From assembly GCA_028534125.1 (NCBI GenBank), contig CM052818.1, positions 32,924,001 through 32,984,000 of the forward strand: a DNA stretch of 60,000 nucleotides, given 5' to 3'. This document shows, piece by piece, positions 49,105 to 60,000 of the stretch. Source of the DNA: Lama glama. Taxonomy: Eukaryota. Below the pieces are notes generated by a model. It worked only from the letters and a program-made list of their open reading frames with translations. It ran no database searches and had not been told where the DNA came from. The position numbers and the translations under genes are program-made. Position 1 is the stretch's first letter. Each line of letters begins with the position of its first letter.

Positions 49105-49148
<44 letters not shown>
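49105..49148. repeat. (GT)n microsatellite, about 22 units with one interruption
   Basis: Direct reading. Confidence 0.95.
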
Positions 49149-49152
<4 letters not shown>

Positions 49153-50130
49153 CCTTTATCATCTATTCTATTATTCTGCAACTTAGTCAAGAGCCAGTTA
49201 CATACTAAAGTTTTGGTGAGAAGTTTTCTGACTGACTTGCCAGTCACAGTCATTTGGCTTAATCTGAGTATGTGTGGCTGAGACATACACAAAGGGCAGG
49301 GTGACACTTGTCTGTTCTACTAATATTCAGCAAAAGGAGACAGTCTGCCTACAGAGATTTGCATACAGTGACATCTCCCAACTTAATTTTCTATCCTTAG
49401 AAGGCACACAGGAGGCATTTGACCATCCTCTAATATACAAGTGAACAAGTGGACAAATCAACGAACAAGTGAGTCACCTGTCAGAACCAAGCATGAGAAC
49501 CTATCACACTGTTGCAGGAGTGCTCCTGGGCTGAGGTTTTGAGTCGTGCGGGCCACCATGTGGCCCTCCTGTGACCTCTGTGACCTCCCATGGTCACATG
49601 CACACAGACATCACTCCCAGGCTGGCTCACCTGGAGGAAAAGTTTCAGCCCTTAGGCAGCCTCCCTTTGGGAAAGTCTTTGCCTAGAACATTCCACAAGC
49701 CTCACTGTTATGGCCCAGCAATGGTCATTTACAGAGAAGCAATGGAAATGGCACGTTTATAAGACAGCGTGCTTTCCTGTTCCGTGCAGTATTTGAGTGC
49801 ATCCTGTACACATCTCTGACACGGCATATGAAATGGCTATTTCTGCTTCCTGCTTAAAGGTAGTTCTGTTTTCCAGAGAACAAAGTCACCTCATCGAGGC
49901 TTACTCTTGGGGACAATGACACCAGTCCACTCAACTGACGCTGGGCCCTTGCAGAGCATGGCCTGGCACAGTTAATACTCAGCAAATGCTTTCTGATAAT
50001 GTTATCGTATTTTAGTTAAGGAATAATCAAACACAGATATGAACTTGCAAATATATATCCAGAGCTGCTTCTACTGTCCTTGAAAAGCCTCTCAGGTTTG
50101 TCTCAGGTTATATGGAAGGCCCTTGTCATC

Positions 50131-50270
50131 TTTTTGGGGGGTGGGGGGGAGGCAGGGAAGGTAATTAGGTTTATTCTTTTTTTTTTCCTTAATGGTGGTA
50201 GTAGGGATTGAACCCAGGACCTCCTGCATGCTAAGCAGGCACTCTACCACTGAGCTGTACCCTGCACCCC
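50131..50270 (-). mobile_element. camelid tRNA-derived SINE
   Basis: 'gtaattaggtttatt...gggattgaacccaggacctcctgcatgctaagcaggcactctaccactgagctgtaccc'. Confidence 0.85.
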
Positions 50271-50358
50271 TCCCTGTCCTATCATCTTAAGACTGCTCTG
50301 ACTTTGATGGTTTTAGACCTCAACTGAGTTTCAAAATCACTTGACTCAAGCCAGGTAC

Positions 50359-50422
50359 CTGAGGTGGGAATCGTGTTGGAGGGATCCTTGTCTGGGCACC
50401 TGACTTCCGCTCCTTCTATCAC
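50359..50422 (-). CDS. PLB1: PLB1 exon, 64 nt (linker): VIEGAEVRCPDKDPSNTIPTS(V)
   Basis: attgcag|GTG...TCA G|gtacct. Confidence 0.95.
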
Positions 50423-51414
50423 CTGCAATGAGACACATGAAGAAGTAAGAAGAAATGGATCTTGCAATGTGGGAAACTGGGTGAGAAGTGGGCCTCCAGT
50501 TTGAGCCACTTAATACAGAGACTTAAGCATCGTTTAAGATTTCTGCCTCTCCTTCAACACAACATCCTCTGCAGGTGCTCCCAACCCTGCCCCGCTTCTC
50601 CAGTCCCTCTGCCGAGCCTAAGATCAGGTCTGGTCACTTGTTCCTGGAACGTCCAGCCTCCCTGCTCCCGTCCCCTGGGCTTCCTCCCTAGCCTCCTGAA
50701 TCCGTCTGAGGACCCTCTCTCTCAACATACTATGTTACTCCCTTGCCCAAATTCTCAGTGAAAGCAGAAATTTTCATCTGTTTTGTTTATTGTATGTCTA
50801 GAGCCCAGAACAGGATAGGAGATGCTCGATCAATGGCTGTTGGTTGAATAAGGATATTTCTATCTATTAACATCAGAGAAAGTCCATCCTCCTTAGCATG
50901 GCCTACAAGGTCCCCGATGTTCTAAACCATCTGCCCTGAACCCAACTCTCCATCCTCTCCACGTGCCACGTCTTGGCCCTAACACCCACCTCTGTTCTCT
51001 CTTTCCCTCCCTCCCCTCCCCCCACTTCCCTCATTCCCATCCACCTGGCTCAACCTTAGTCACCCTCAAGGCTGAGGTCATGGGCACTCTTTGGGAAGCC
51101 TTCTCAACATTCTCTTGTCTTCTGTGTGCGCCCCCTCTGTGTTCCCAGAGTTCCCCACAGAAACCTTACACACTTATCATATTGTGCTACCATTGCTGGC
51201 TGGCTCCACCAGACTGAGTTCCTTGGGACAAGCAACGTATTTGTATTTTTATCTCCTAAGCTTGGTATCCAGCCACCCACCCATCTGCCCATTTAGTCAT
51301 TCAACAAATAGTGATCAGGTACCTGCTCTGAGTCCCTGCCCTCACTGAAGTACACAGCAGATATTCAGTAATGCATCCTGGAGGAATGTAATGTTTCCCT
51401 CTTATATATAAAAC

Positions 51415-51610
51415 TCGTGGCATGCCAGATACTGTTAAAAGTGCTTTCTACCTAATGACTTACTACAATTTAAGAACAACTCTATGAGGTAGGAAGTGGA
51501 CTATCACCATTTCCCAGATTTGAAAAACCAAAGCACAGAGAGGTTAAGTACCTTGCCCACTGACACAGAGCCGGTAAGTGGAAGAGTCTGGATTTGAATC
51601 CAGAGCCAGC
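51415..51610 (-). mobile_element. MIR SINE
   Basis: 'aacaactctatgaggtagg...aagcacagagaggttaagtaccttgccca...ggatttgaatccag'. Confidence 0.75.
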
Positions 51611-52437
51611 TTTTCCAACTCATGGCTCCATACTGCCTCTCAGACATGTCCTCACTGCTGTGATATTAGTTGAAAAGCCTGGGACAAGCTGATAAATCAG
51701 GTCTCTCATGCTGTGTGTCTCGGACTTTTTGGTGGAGGCCCAGGCCATCAGCTTTGCCACCAGTACCAGGAGGAAATCACACTCTTTTGCACCATAAGGA
51801 GGCAGGGGTGGTGCTGGGATCAAATCTGTCTCTTCCCATATTGGTCCCCAGGCTTCTGGGAATGAGGACGACAACCTTCAAGTGTTTCTTGTTTCCTCAG
51901 AGGAGTGTGGAGTGCCCTGTCTAATCTTGACAGCAAGTATTGGGAAAAGACTCATGAGATAAGCGAGAAGCAAGAGCGAGGAAGCGGGCGGCGGCCCTGT
52001 GGCTGCGGGCCAGCTGCTGAGGCCTTTGGTCTCCATGCCAATTGTTTTCAGACTTCAGCACATTTTGCTGCCTTTCCTTAACCGTCTCTTCAGATTAAGG
52101 GCTCAAATGGGCTTCAAAGGACTTGTCAACCACTTGGAGAGAGCCTAAAGAATCACATCTTGCATCAAAACAGACAGGGAGTGGGCAGCACTGAGCACCC
52201 CAATATGCCCTGTGAAGCCCCAGGAGGCAGGCTGCCACGGCATCGTCAAGACAGAGCTGTAGGGCAGACCTGCTTCAGGCACCAAGGGGACAGCCATACA
52301 CTTGCTCCTTCACCCTTCCCCAGCCTGCCCGTGGGGGTTCGGGACATGAGGAACCACGGGGAAGGCTCCAGAGACTCAGCGAGGTACCACCTCTGGCTCT
52401 TTTGCATATTTATCCATCATAGAAAAACTCTCCATAC

Positions 52438-52512
52438 CTCAACCTTGGCGTGGGGTTCTAGCAACCTGGGCAGGTAGTTGCTGTTTCCGTAGGTGAACAG
52501 AAAGGGATTCTC
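52438..52512 (-). CDS. PLB1: PLB1 exon, 75 nt: ENPFLFTYGNSNYLPRLLEPHAKVE
   Basis: tctgcag|GAG...GAG|gtatgg. Confidence 0.94.
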
Positions 52513-53312
52513 CTGCAGAGAAAGGTAATGCATTGTAACCACGATTCTGTATCCATTAATCACTAGGTTTTCTCATCTAGCGATGCCTTTGACCAATTTG
52601 AAACATTCATACCATCCTTTAAATGTTGAGAAAACCATTCTCTGGCTCTTCTTTCCTGTCCTGCCCCTTAGTTCCCTAAAGTAGCTCATTAATACTTTGA
52701 AATTTCCCACTTGCAATAGTCAGCATCTCTTGTTCTCTACAAAAGGTTCATGCCACCAGGCAAAGTAGATACATTTTCGCAAACAAGAGAACTAATTTTA
52801 AGTTTCCTGACAGCCAAGGCAAAGAGGAAAAAAGGATGAATTATACAGTTCTTATAGCCTGGTAACAGAAAATTTACCAGTTCATCCAGAAAGCCAAAAA
52901 TCTGCCTAGCATTAAGTGATGAAAGGAATTCTACTCATTTACATTCAGTTATTTTCTCATTAATTTATTCAGTGACATTAATTCTATACCTATGATGCAT
53001 TAGGCACATATTTAAGACACCTATTTTGGCATTTGGGGCCAGGTGAGTTGTGGGTTTGTTCCTATGCCTGCCGCAGGCATGGAAGGGGTCTCAGTTCTGT
53101 TAAAACAGCTCTCCTGGCCCACAGGTGTAAACTTCAGGTGTGCCAAGAATGCAAAGCTGTGTCCAGGCTCAGAAGAACAGATCCAAGACCCTAATGGGGC
53201 TAATGGCTCTGCCAGGCAAGACCCACTTCACAGCAAAGCCCATTTCCTTGTGACCTTGTCTCTCCCCACAACTCAGCAAGAGTTCTCCTCCCTTCTCCCA
53301 GTCCTTGCCTAC

Positions 53313-53384
53313 CTGAGAGGGACATTTCACTGGCTTCCCCTCTTTTGCACTGAGTGGCTCATCTTTCTGTCCTGCCGGCTCCAT
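53313..53384 (-). CDS. PLB1: PLB1 exon, 72 nt (repeat 1): MEPAGQKDEPLSAKEGKPVKCPSQ
   Basis: tttctag|ATG...CAG|gtaggc. Confidence 0.96.
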
Positions 53385-53468
53385 CTAGAAAAGAAAGCGA
53401 TCTTTAGATAGAAAAGTCTTACGTAGGTGGCAGCATCCTAGGGTACCACTGAGAAAGGCTCATTAGCC

Positions 53469-53653
53469 CAGTGTCTCTCAGAGTGTGACCTTGGGCAGGC
53501 AGCATCAGCATCACCCAGGAACACATTAGCAATGCAAATTTCTAGCCCCCATCCCAGACTTACTGAATCAAAAGCTCTGGGGTGGGGTCCTGCTCTCTGT
53601 GTTCTAACAAGCCCTCCAGGAATTCTGATGCACGTTCAAGTTGAGGACCATTG
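53469..53653. mobile_element. near full-length MER5A-like hAT-Charlie element (about 185 bp)
   Basis: cagtgtctctca...ttgaggaccattg degenerate TIRs; 'cagcatcagcatcacc...cccagacttactgaatca...aacaagccctccagg..ttctgatgcac'. Confidence 0.8.
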
Positions 53654-56600
53654 CAGGAGAGGAACCATTCTCAGCCCAGCCCTCTTGTTATAGGAGAAAG
53701 TGAACACCAGAGAGGTTGAGCTGACACAAGGACACTGGTGTCCAGATCCAACCAAATTGCTCTCAGTGGATCACTGGCTTCCAGACCATCCAGAGGCCAG
53801 CTATGCAGCCTGACTTCGCATCCCTGTCCTTGCTGTCCAGCTGCTGGCTGGCTCGCCGACTAAACTGCCCTCCAAGAGGAGAGTAGGAGTGGGAAGGAAT
53901 GACAAATACATGGCTCTTGTGTAACCAGAAGGGAATGAAGGAAACCCTCTGTTACCCGGCGGGACCCAGGTCTTTAAGTGGGACACAGAGGTACAGTGAC
54001 GTGAAGCACAGTACGGCCCCCACAAGTAGAATGCCTAGGAACTCCAGAATAAGCAACAGTGGTATCAGTGCTGATACAGGCAGCTGCTGAAATGATAACC
54101 AAAGCCTATCTAACAAGGTGGACAGGAAGCGTACGGTGGACCCGCAAGGGAAAGTGGCAGAGGATCAACTCAGGTGAAAGCATTGAAGGGAAGAAAGGAA
54201 AGTGAAGGTAGTTGAAGAACTCAACAGAGGAGGGGTTTAAGTTCCTTTTGTTATATTTTAAATGTTCACTATACGTAGGTAAGCACTTAAAAGAGAAATG
54301 CAGCTTGGAAGAGATCAGATTTCCTCTTGCATGCACTGTCTTCTACTGTTTGGGAACCTCATGTTTGCTGCCAGCCCTGCTGCCCCCAGGAGTCTGGCTC
54401 CTGGGGCACCTGGTCCCTCCCCTCCCCTCCTCTGCCCTCCCTTCCCAAGGATCTTGATGGGGACACAAGAAGCAGGAGGCTCTGAGATGAAGCCCCCCTG
54501 TCTGGTTCAATCACAGGCTCTGCCAGCCTCCACGAGCATTTTAGATTCTTCAGCAATATCTTATCCCAGCATCTGTGCCCGTGAGCAGCTCGGGGAAGGA
54601 ACTTTACTCTGCTCGGGGCTGGCTCTTCATCGGAATGGACAGAGTCAGATAAGAGGGCATAATCAACCTTTTGGAAAAGGAGTGGCAACCTTTAGCTCAA
54701 GGGCTGGAGGAGGAGCTGCGCTCCCCATTTCCTTTCAGTTTTGTTCTGATGGTTAGACACAACTAAGTGTGGAATCCCAATCCAGAATGTTCAGGGCCGC
54801 TCTGCAGGGGAGTGTTTAGGGACCTGGGTAGGTGGCCTGGTGTCAATCTGGCCTGACTTCTCTTCACCAACCTTTCAAGAATTTAATCAATACTAGAATC
54901 TTGAAAAAAATGTTGAGACAGCCACATCGTGATAATTCTGGTCAAAAAGATATAGCAGAACCTAATTTCTTAAAGACCTCAAAGAAGGAAAATCCATAGG
55001 TTTTCCTAATAAACCCATTTGCATTAAGAACTTTGTCCTCAATGTCTCTTTAATAGTCACCTGCATCCTTCCTGCTGCCATTAATCCCCTTTACACCCAC
55101 TCTGACCCTCCATCCCCAGGATGGAGAATGAGGCAGCTACATCAAACGTTCCCCACGTGTCCTTCCTTCTGCCACCCAACACTGCACACAAACGCACACT
55201 CCAGGGACGCCGGCGCTGGTCCTGTGCCCTTGCCCCACTTTTCAGTGCTTTAATTGTTTACACCTCCTCCGCACAGCTTCCCTGCTCCGAGAAATGAACT
55301 GGAGTGTGGGAGGGGTGGGAAGGATGACCTTAGCCGTTCTCTGTGAGCATCCCCACTCGGCTGGGAGCAGTTCCCGAGTGTCCTCATCCTGCCTGTGGCT
55401 CCAGCTCTAGCACCGGGCTTGGCAGAAGGCGGGGGTCCGTGATCACTGGATCTGGCACTCGAGTTCCTCAAAGGTGGGTCTCATCAACACTACTGCTGTA
55501 TAACAATTATCCGAAATTATCGAGGAGGTAGAAAGAGCCGGAAGAGCCTAGGGAATGGATTATGTCCCAAACACACAATCCTCCTCCGCTTGGTGCCAGG
55601 AGCTCAGCTTCTGTCTGGGCGGCTCACTCAGTGGGGACGGTGCCAGGTGTGTTTCAGAAGCGGGGTGCTCATGACACACCCGTGCGGGGGTTTTCCTTCA
55701 AGCTTACGTACATCCCGGGGCTTGGCCAGGGGAACAGGCACAGGTGTGGCCCTGCACAGCCACCCCTCTGCGGTGCCCTGGGTGAGGTCCAGGAGAGAAG
55801 CGGCGGGACCTGGGTCCCTGGGGTCACAGCTCTGCTCCCCATGCGTAAGGGTGGCCCTCACTCGGGGCTCTTTGTCTGCAAACGTGGGTGTGAGGGGCAG
55901 AGCTGGCGTTACCTCTGAGTCTTGGCTAAACTCAACACATCAGAGATGCACAGAGGTGGAGGCAGGGAGACTCCGGGCTCCTCATGTCCCTGGGAGGACA
56001 CAGGAAGGAACCTGAGGGGAAGCCACTCCTGTATGTTCTCAAGACCTTCTAAGGCCGGCAATCAGAGACCATGGGACCCAGGAAGACCACCGGACTCACC
56101 TCGAGAAACAACCCGAAGCACAGCTGGACCCAGAACCCAGGTTTTCTGGCTCCTCACTCAGGGCCTGTTCCTCTAACCTGCTATGTTCCTAATTTCTCAT
56201 AAATTAACTCAGGCCTGCAGGGCTGTCCATGTGTTCTGGCAGCCACGGTAGCTCCAGGAGCTGTGGGATGTCTAGCATGTCACTCGAGAGGAATCCAGGG
56301 GACAGACACACCTCCCTTCTCGCTGGCTTGGCTGCAGGAACCCTGAGGCCTCTCACTGGGACAGGACTGCAGGTAGCCGCCGCCTAGGAAAGCCGCCTCC
56401 TCCTCAAAGCCCCCGGGACACCCACCGGGTCCCAGTCCTTTGGTCCTGAGTGTGAGACCTGTTGCTGTCTGGGCACCTGCCCAGACTCTTCCTCAAGCAG
56501 GTTCCAGGACCCTGTCGATGCTGTGCGCCTGTCTGAGTGCACAGGACACCACTCGGGCTCAGTAACGGGTTATCGTCACCGTCCCCACCACCGCTGATGA

Positions 56601-58254
56601 CGATCAACAGCAAGATGAGGCGGGAGGAGAGAGAGAGAGAGAGAACGAGAGCACGCGCCTTCTCCCAAGATCTGCTCTCCCACTTCTGTCTGTCTTCAGT
56701 TCAAGGTGCTTCACTCATTCTCAGTATCTCCTTATCCTGTGTTCTCTCTCATCAGACCTGCCTCCCACCACCACCTGCTAGTGCATTTTGTTCACTCTTT
56801 TCTCATTCTGTTCACACAGGTCCTCTGGCCTGGAAATGCCAGCCGTGACTTCCTCCGACATATCCCCACCCTCACCCCCAAAGCCAGTTCAAATTCCATC
56901 CTCGGGAGGCTGTCCTGACCTCTTGCCCATGTCACATCTGAGTGCACAGTCCAGTGCATGACTGTGTTCCTCCGGGCTGCCTGACCCTTCCAGCTATGCC
57001 CTAAGCTCGGGAAAGGCAGACACCATTTGGTGTGTCTCTTGTATCTTCCTTGGACTCAGCACAGGGCAGGCACCATGTAGGTGCCCTTTTGTTGCTGGGG
57101 AGAAAGGTGACAGAGGAGGAGAGAGGTTTGGCTGAGCTGGAATTACCAACCCACCCCCAGAGAGAGGGTGGAGGGAGGGCAGCCATGCAGGATGGACGGG
57201 CATGTTCCTTTCCTTAGCCCTTCACAGGGTATCAGCAGCGAAGTGGTTTTCTGGGGGAAAATCTCCCCCAAAGGTCAGGGTAACTAACAAGGGTCCTTTT
57301 CAAAGAAATCTAATGTCTTCTACAAAGGGTCATGTGGATCTATTGATTGGTATGGGCTGTTTCTGGGGCCGGTTGCTCCCCCTCTGCAGTCTTACTGGCA
57401 AGGCACTCTGAAATACAGCTGCTCATGGGACTCAGCGGAGCACATCAGTTGAGGAGAGGGAGAGAAATTTTTCTAATTCAAGGAAGAAGAAAACCAAATT
57501 TCTGTCACTGGGATTCTAAAAATAGGGCAGCTCGGATGGGGAAAAAATACATGGTGAAATCAGGTCTCTGTCTGGTGCCCTGGAGAGGTTCAAGCTTTTG
57601 ACGTTAACATTCCACCCACTGACTCGTCCCAGATAGCCCTGGGGGACCTTCAGAGTCTGGGGAAAGCCTGTCACAGTCATAGTAAAAAGGGCTACCGGTG
57701 GTGAGTACTCGCCGTGGGCGGGCAGTGAGCTACACACTTGCCGTATGTTGGCTCAGGGGTTTCACAGAAAGGGAGCTGAGATCCTGAGTTCACACAGCTT
57801 GTGAGAGCTTTGAACCCACTTCATCACTCTGAAGTCCACACTCCTCCCAGGCTCTTAAGTGTAGAGTGAGGGAAGGCTGGACCGGTCACTCTGTGAGCCT
57901 GATCCCTAGTGCCCTGCTCCACGTGAATCTCCGAGACAGACTCCGAGGAGGCGTCCCCGCCTCCAGGAAGAGCAGGACTGACGCTGCCCAGAGAGCCCTG
58001 CTCACTGTCAGGGCTGCAGCCCAGCCTCCAGGACGTGGAGGTGAAACTCCCAGGCTGTCCCAGCTGGGCTGTCACTGGGTGTGGGAAGGATGCCCCGCGG
58101 TCCAGGGTTATCACCCTCAGGCCCTGCGGGTGTCCGGTAGCATCCCCCTTCCGAGCAGTGGGCAGACCGGGCTCAGCGGAGGGGGCCCTGCTCCTCCTTC
58201 CATAGACCAAACCCCAGGCTGGCAGGACAGGCTCGCAGGACCCCGGCCACTCAC

Positions 58255-58311
58255 CATGCTGTTCCAGAGAGTCAAGGCGAGTGTGGAGGGGTCCTGGAGT
58301 GGCTGCGGACC
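58255..58311 (-). CDS. PLB1: PLB1 exon, 57 nt (repeat 1): GPQPLQDPSTLALTLWNSM
   Basis: ctttcag|GGT...ATG|gtgagt. Confidence 0.93.
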
Positions 58312-58984
58312 CTGAAAGAAAATCAGATAAGAACCCTTGTGTCCTCCCCCTCCACCGGGGTTGGGAGAGACCCACCGGGCACTTGGAAGCTCTCCCTGGC
58401 AGAGATGGAAAGGTCCTGATGGGTCCAGACTCTTTTTCTCAGCCCCTCCCAATCAATAATGGCGGGAACTTATAGGATTGCTATCTGGGGTCAGGGCTCG
58501 GAGGGGAGGGCCTGAGGGGCAGGTCACACAGGCTGCTCCTCATCATCGTGGGGTTGCACACACTGAACAAGCAGAAGGAGCAGGTGACAGGGAAGTGATG
58601 GGGTGTAGTCTGAGTGGGGGGTGGGGGATGGGAACTAATAGTCCTCCTCCTTTTAAGCCACTGTTTAAACGTCACTGAAGCCCTGGAGGGACATGATGAC
58701 TGCACCAGCAGGAGCCAGGACCCCGGACTGGGGACTGTCCCAGACGCACGGCACTGAGGCCCCAGAGGCGTCAGAGAGAGCTTGCTGAGCACATGTGGAC
58801 CCCTGACAGCGCTTGTGGTCTGGGTGGCCCGGGTGGCCCCACGGGGGTAAGGGGTGTTTGCCCAGTGACCTGCTCAAGGAAGCAACTCAAACTGCCCTCC
58901 CTCCCAGGGGTGGCTGTGGAGGAGCCTGTGGAGGGAGGATGTGGTGTGATGCCTGGAAATTCCATCCTGAATCATCACACCTGA

Positions 58985-59205
58985 GAGCTACTGAGGGTTT
59001 CCCAAGCACCAGACACTGCTCCAAGTTCCTCACATGTATTTACTCATCCTGACAACCCACCTTGGGGATGGAATATTAATAATGGTCCTGATTCCACAGA
59101 GGAGGATCCAAAGCACAGAGAGGTCAGACAACTTGCCCAAGGTCACACAGCCGGCCCAATCCAGAGCTGGGAGCTAGCTGTCTGGCTGGAGTCCACGCTC
59201 TTGAC
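58985..59205 (-). mobile_element. MIR SINE
   Basis: 'cagaggaggatccaaagcacagagaggtcagacaacttgcccaaggtcacacagc'. Confidence 0.7.
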
Positions 59206-59399
59206 CTCTGGGTGGCTCTGCCTCTAGGAACCTACCTCATGGGGTTATCCAGTCCCACGGGGAAATTGTCAAGAAAGTATAAAAGAATTTTGCAGCACTG
59301 TCCCCTGAGAGTACACACCCTGGGCCCTGTCAAGCCCTGCTGGGCTGGGGCATCTGCCGAGGAGGGGTAGGGGAGGGCGAGGGCAAGGTCCTCACTCAC

Positions 59400-59504
59400 T
59401 GAGGGTGGCGGCAGGGCTCTCTCATAGAAGAAAGGCTGGAAGACCACTGCGAAGGACTCCTGCTCATTGTACTTGCTGGAGGCCAGGAGACGTTCCCAGG
59501 TTTC
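59400..59504 (-). CDS. PLB1: PLB1 exon, 105 nt (repeat 1): [35 protein letters not shown]
   Basis: ccttcag|GAA...TCA|gtgagt. Confidence 0.96.
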
Positions 59505-60000
59505 CTGAAGGAAGGAGCACCAGCGAGGCTGAGCCTGCCCCTCCCCACCCAGGGAGCTCCCGGCAGCCCCTTCGTCAGGATCACCCGCCCGGTGCTGTTC
59601 TGAACCAAATGCTATTGGGAAGCTCCTCTTGTCTCACACTTCGGGGCCCTTTGATGAACTAAACTAGGTTTCCCTTTTCCTCTGAAGCCCCAGCATCAGG
59701 TAACACCAGGGATAGCTCTGAAATATATTCTCTGGGAACCCAAGAAGTATACACCAGGCCAGCATGTAGCTGAGGCCCCACGCAGTTTTCAAGGGTTGAG
59801 TTCTGTAGAGGGATGTGCTATTAACCAGTCAGAAAATGTCATCTCTGAAGTGAGAAAAGTGCCACACAGCTTCATATATAAAACTTTCTTCTTAAATAAA
59901 AATCATCATGTTAACACATGTCAGTGGGAACTGTGCTTTGAGCTGTTTGCTGGTAGGGACAAAGGCTCCCATTGACCCATCCACGCTGTCTTGGGGTCTC

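Larger units (their letters stand above)
236..59504 (-). other. PLB1: PLB1 gene body (partial; 33 internal coding exons, gene extends beyond both window ends)
   Basis: Spliced minus-strand exons give a continuous frame that matches mammalian phospholipase B1 as I recall it (GDSLT, GGND/GGSD, DCxH motifs; repeated domain). All junctions are GT-AG with matching phases. Confidence 0.97.

Noticed and set aside
59390..59400. Tandem GTGAGTGAG donors at several exons and CAG|GAG NAGNAG acceptors
   Set aside because: These are common by-products of the splice consensus. The +4 donors would frameshift and GAG acceptors are rarely used.
1..60000. CRISPR arrays, operons, defence systems, rRNA or snoRNA genes, processed pseudogenes or another novel multi-gene system
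   Set aside because: None seen. The window is explained by one spliced mammalian gene plus ordinary interspersed repeats. A small ncRNA cannot be excluded without an Rfam/Infernal search.

Overview
Mammalian genomic DNA, very probably camelid: it has tRNA-Ala-like 'GGGGAGGGTATAGCTCAG...' Vic-1-type SINEs and cetartiodactyl-type L1 3' ends, and I saw no Alu, BovB/Bov-A or PRE-1. The whole window is the interior of one gene on the minus strand, PLB1 (membrane phospholipase B1/lipase, four tandem GDSL/SGNH repeats). I traced 33 consecutive coding exons from 59504 down to 236. All have GT-AG borders and compatible phases, and they give an uninterrupted 2482-nt frame (about 827 aa). This covers the end of repeat 1, all of catalytic repeat 2, all of repeat 3 and the linker into repeat 4. 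The start and stop codons lie outside the window. Introns contain SINEs, L1/L2/L3 and MIR fragments, two solo LTRs, MER5A-type DNA transposons, microsatellites and a few candidate regulatory patches. Nearly all ORFs in the supplied track are spurious. I found no convincing novel biological system. The most notable observations are the exon-for-exon internal duplication with differential decay of catalytic motifs, an intragenic CpG patch with paired CTCF-like motifs, an AP-1/ETS/IRF motif cluster overlapping an L3 relic, and cleanly nested transposon insertions. Boundaries of old repeats are approximate, and repeat family names come from recognition, not a database search.
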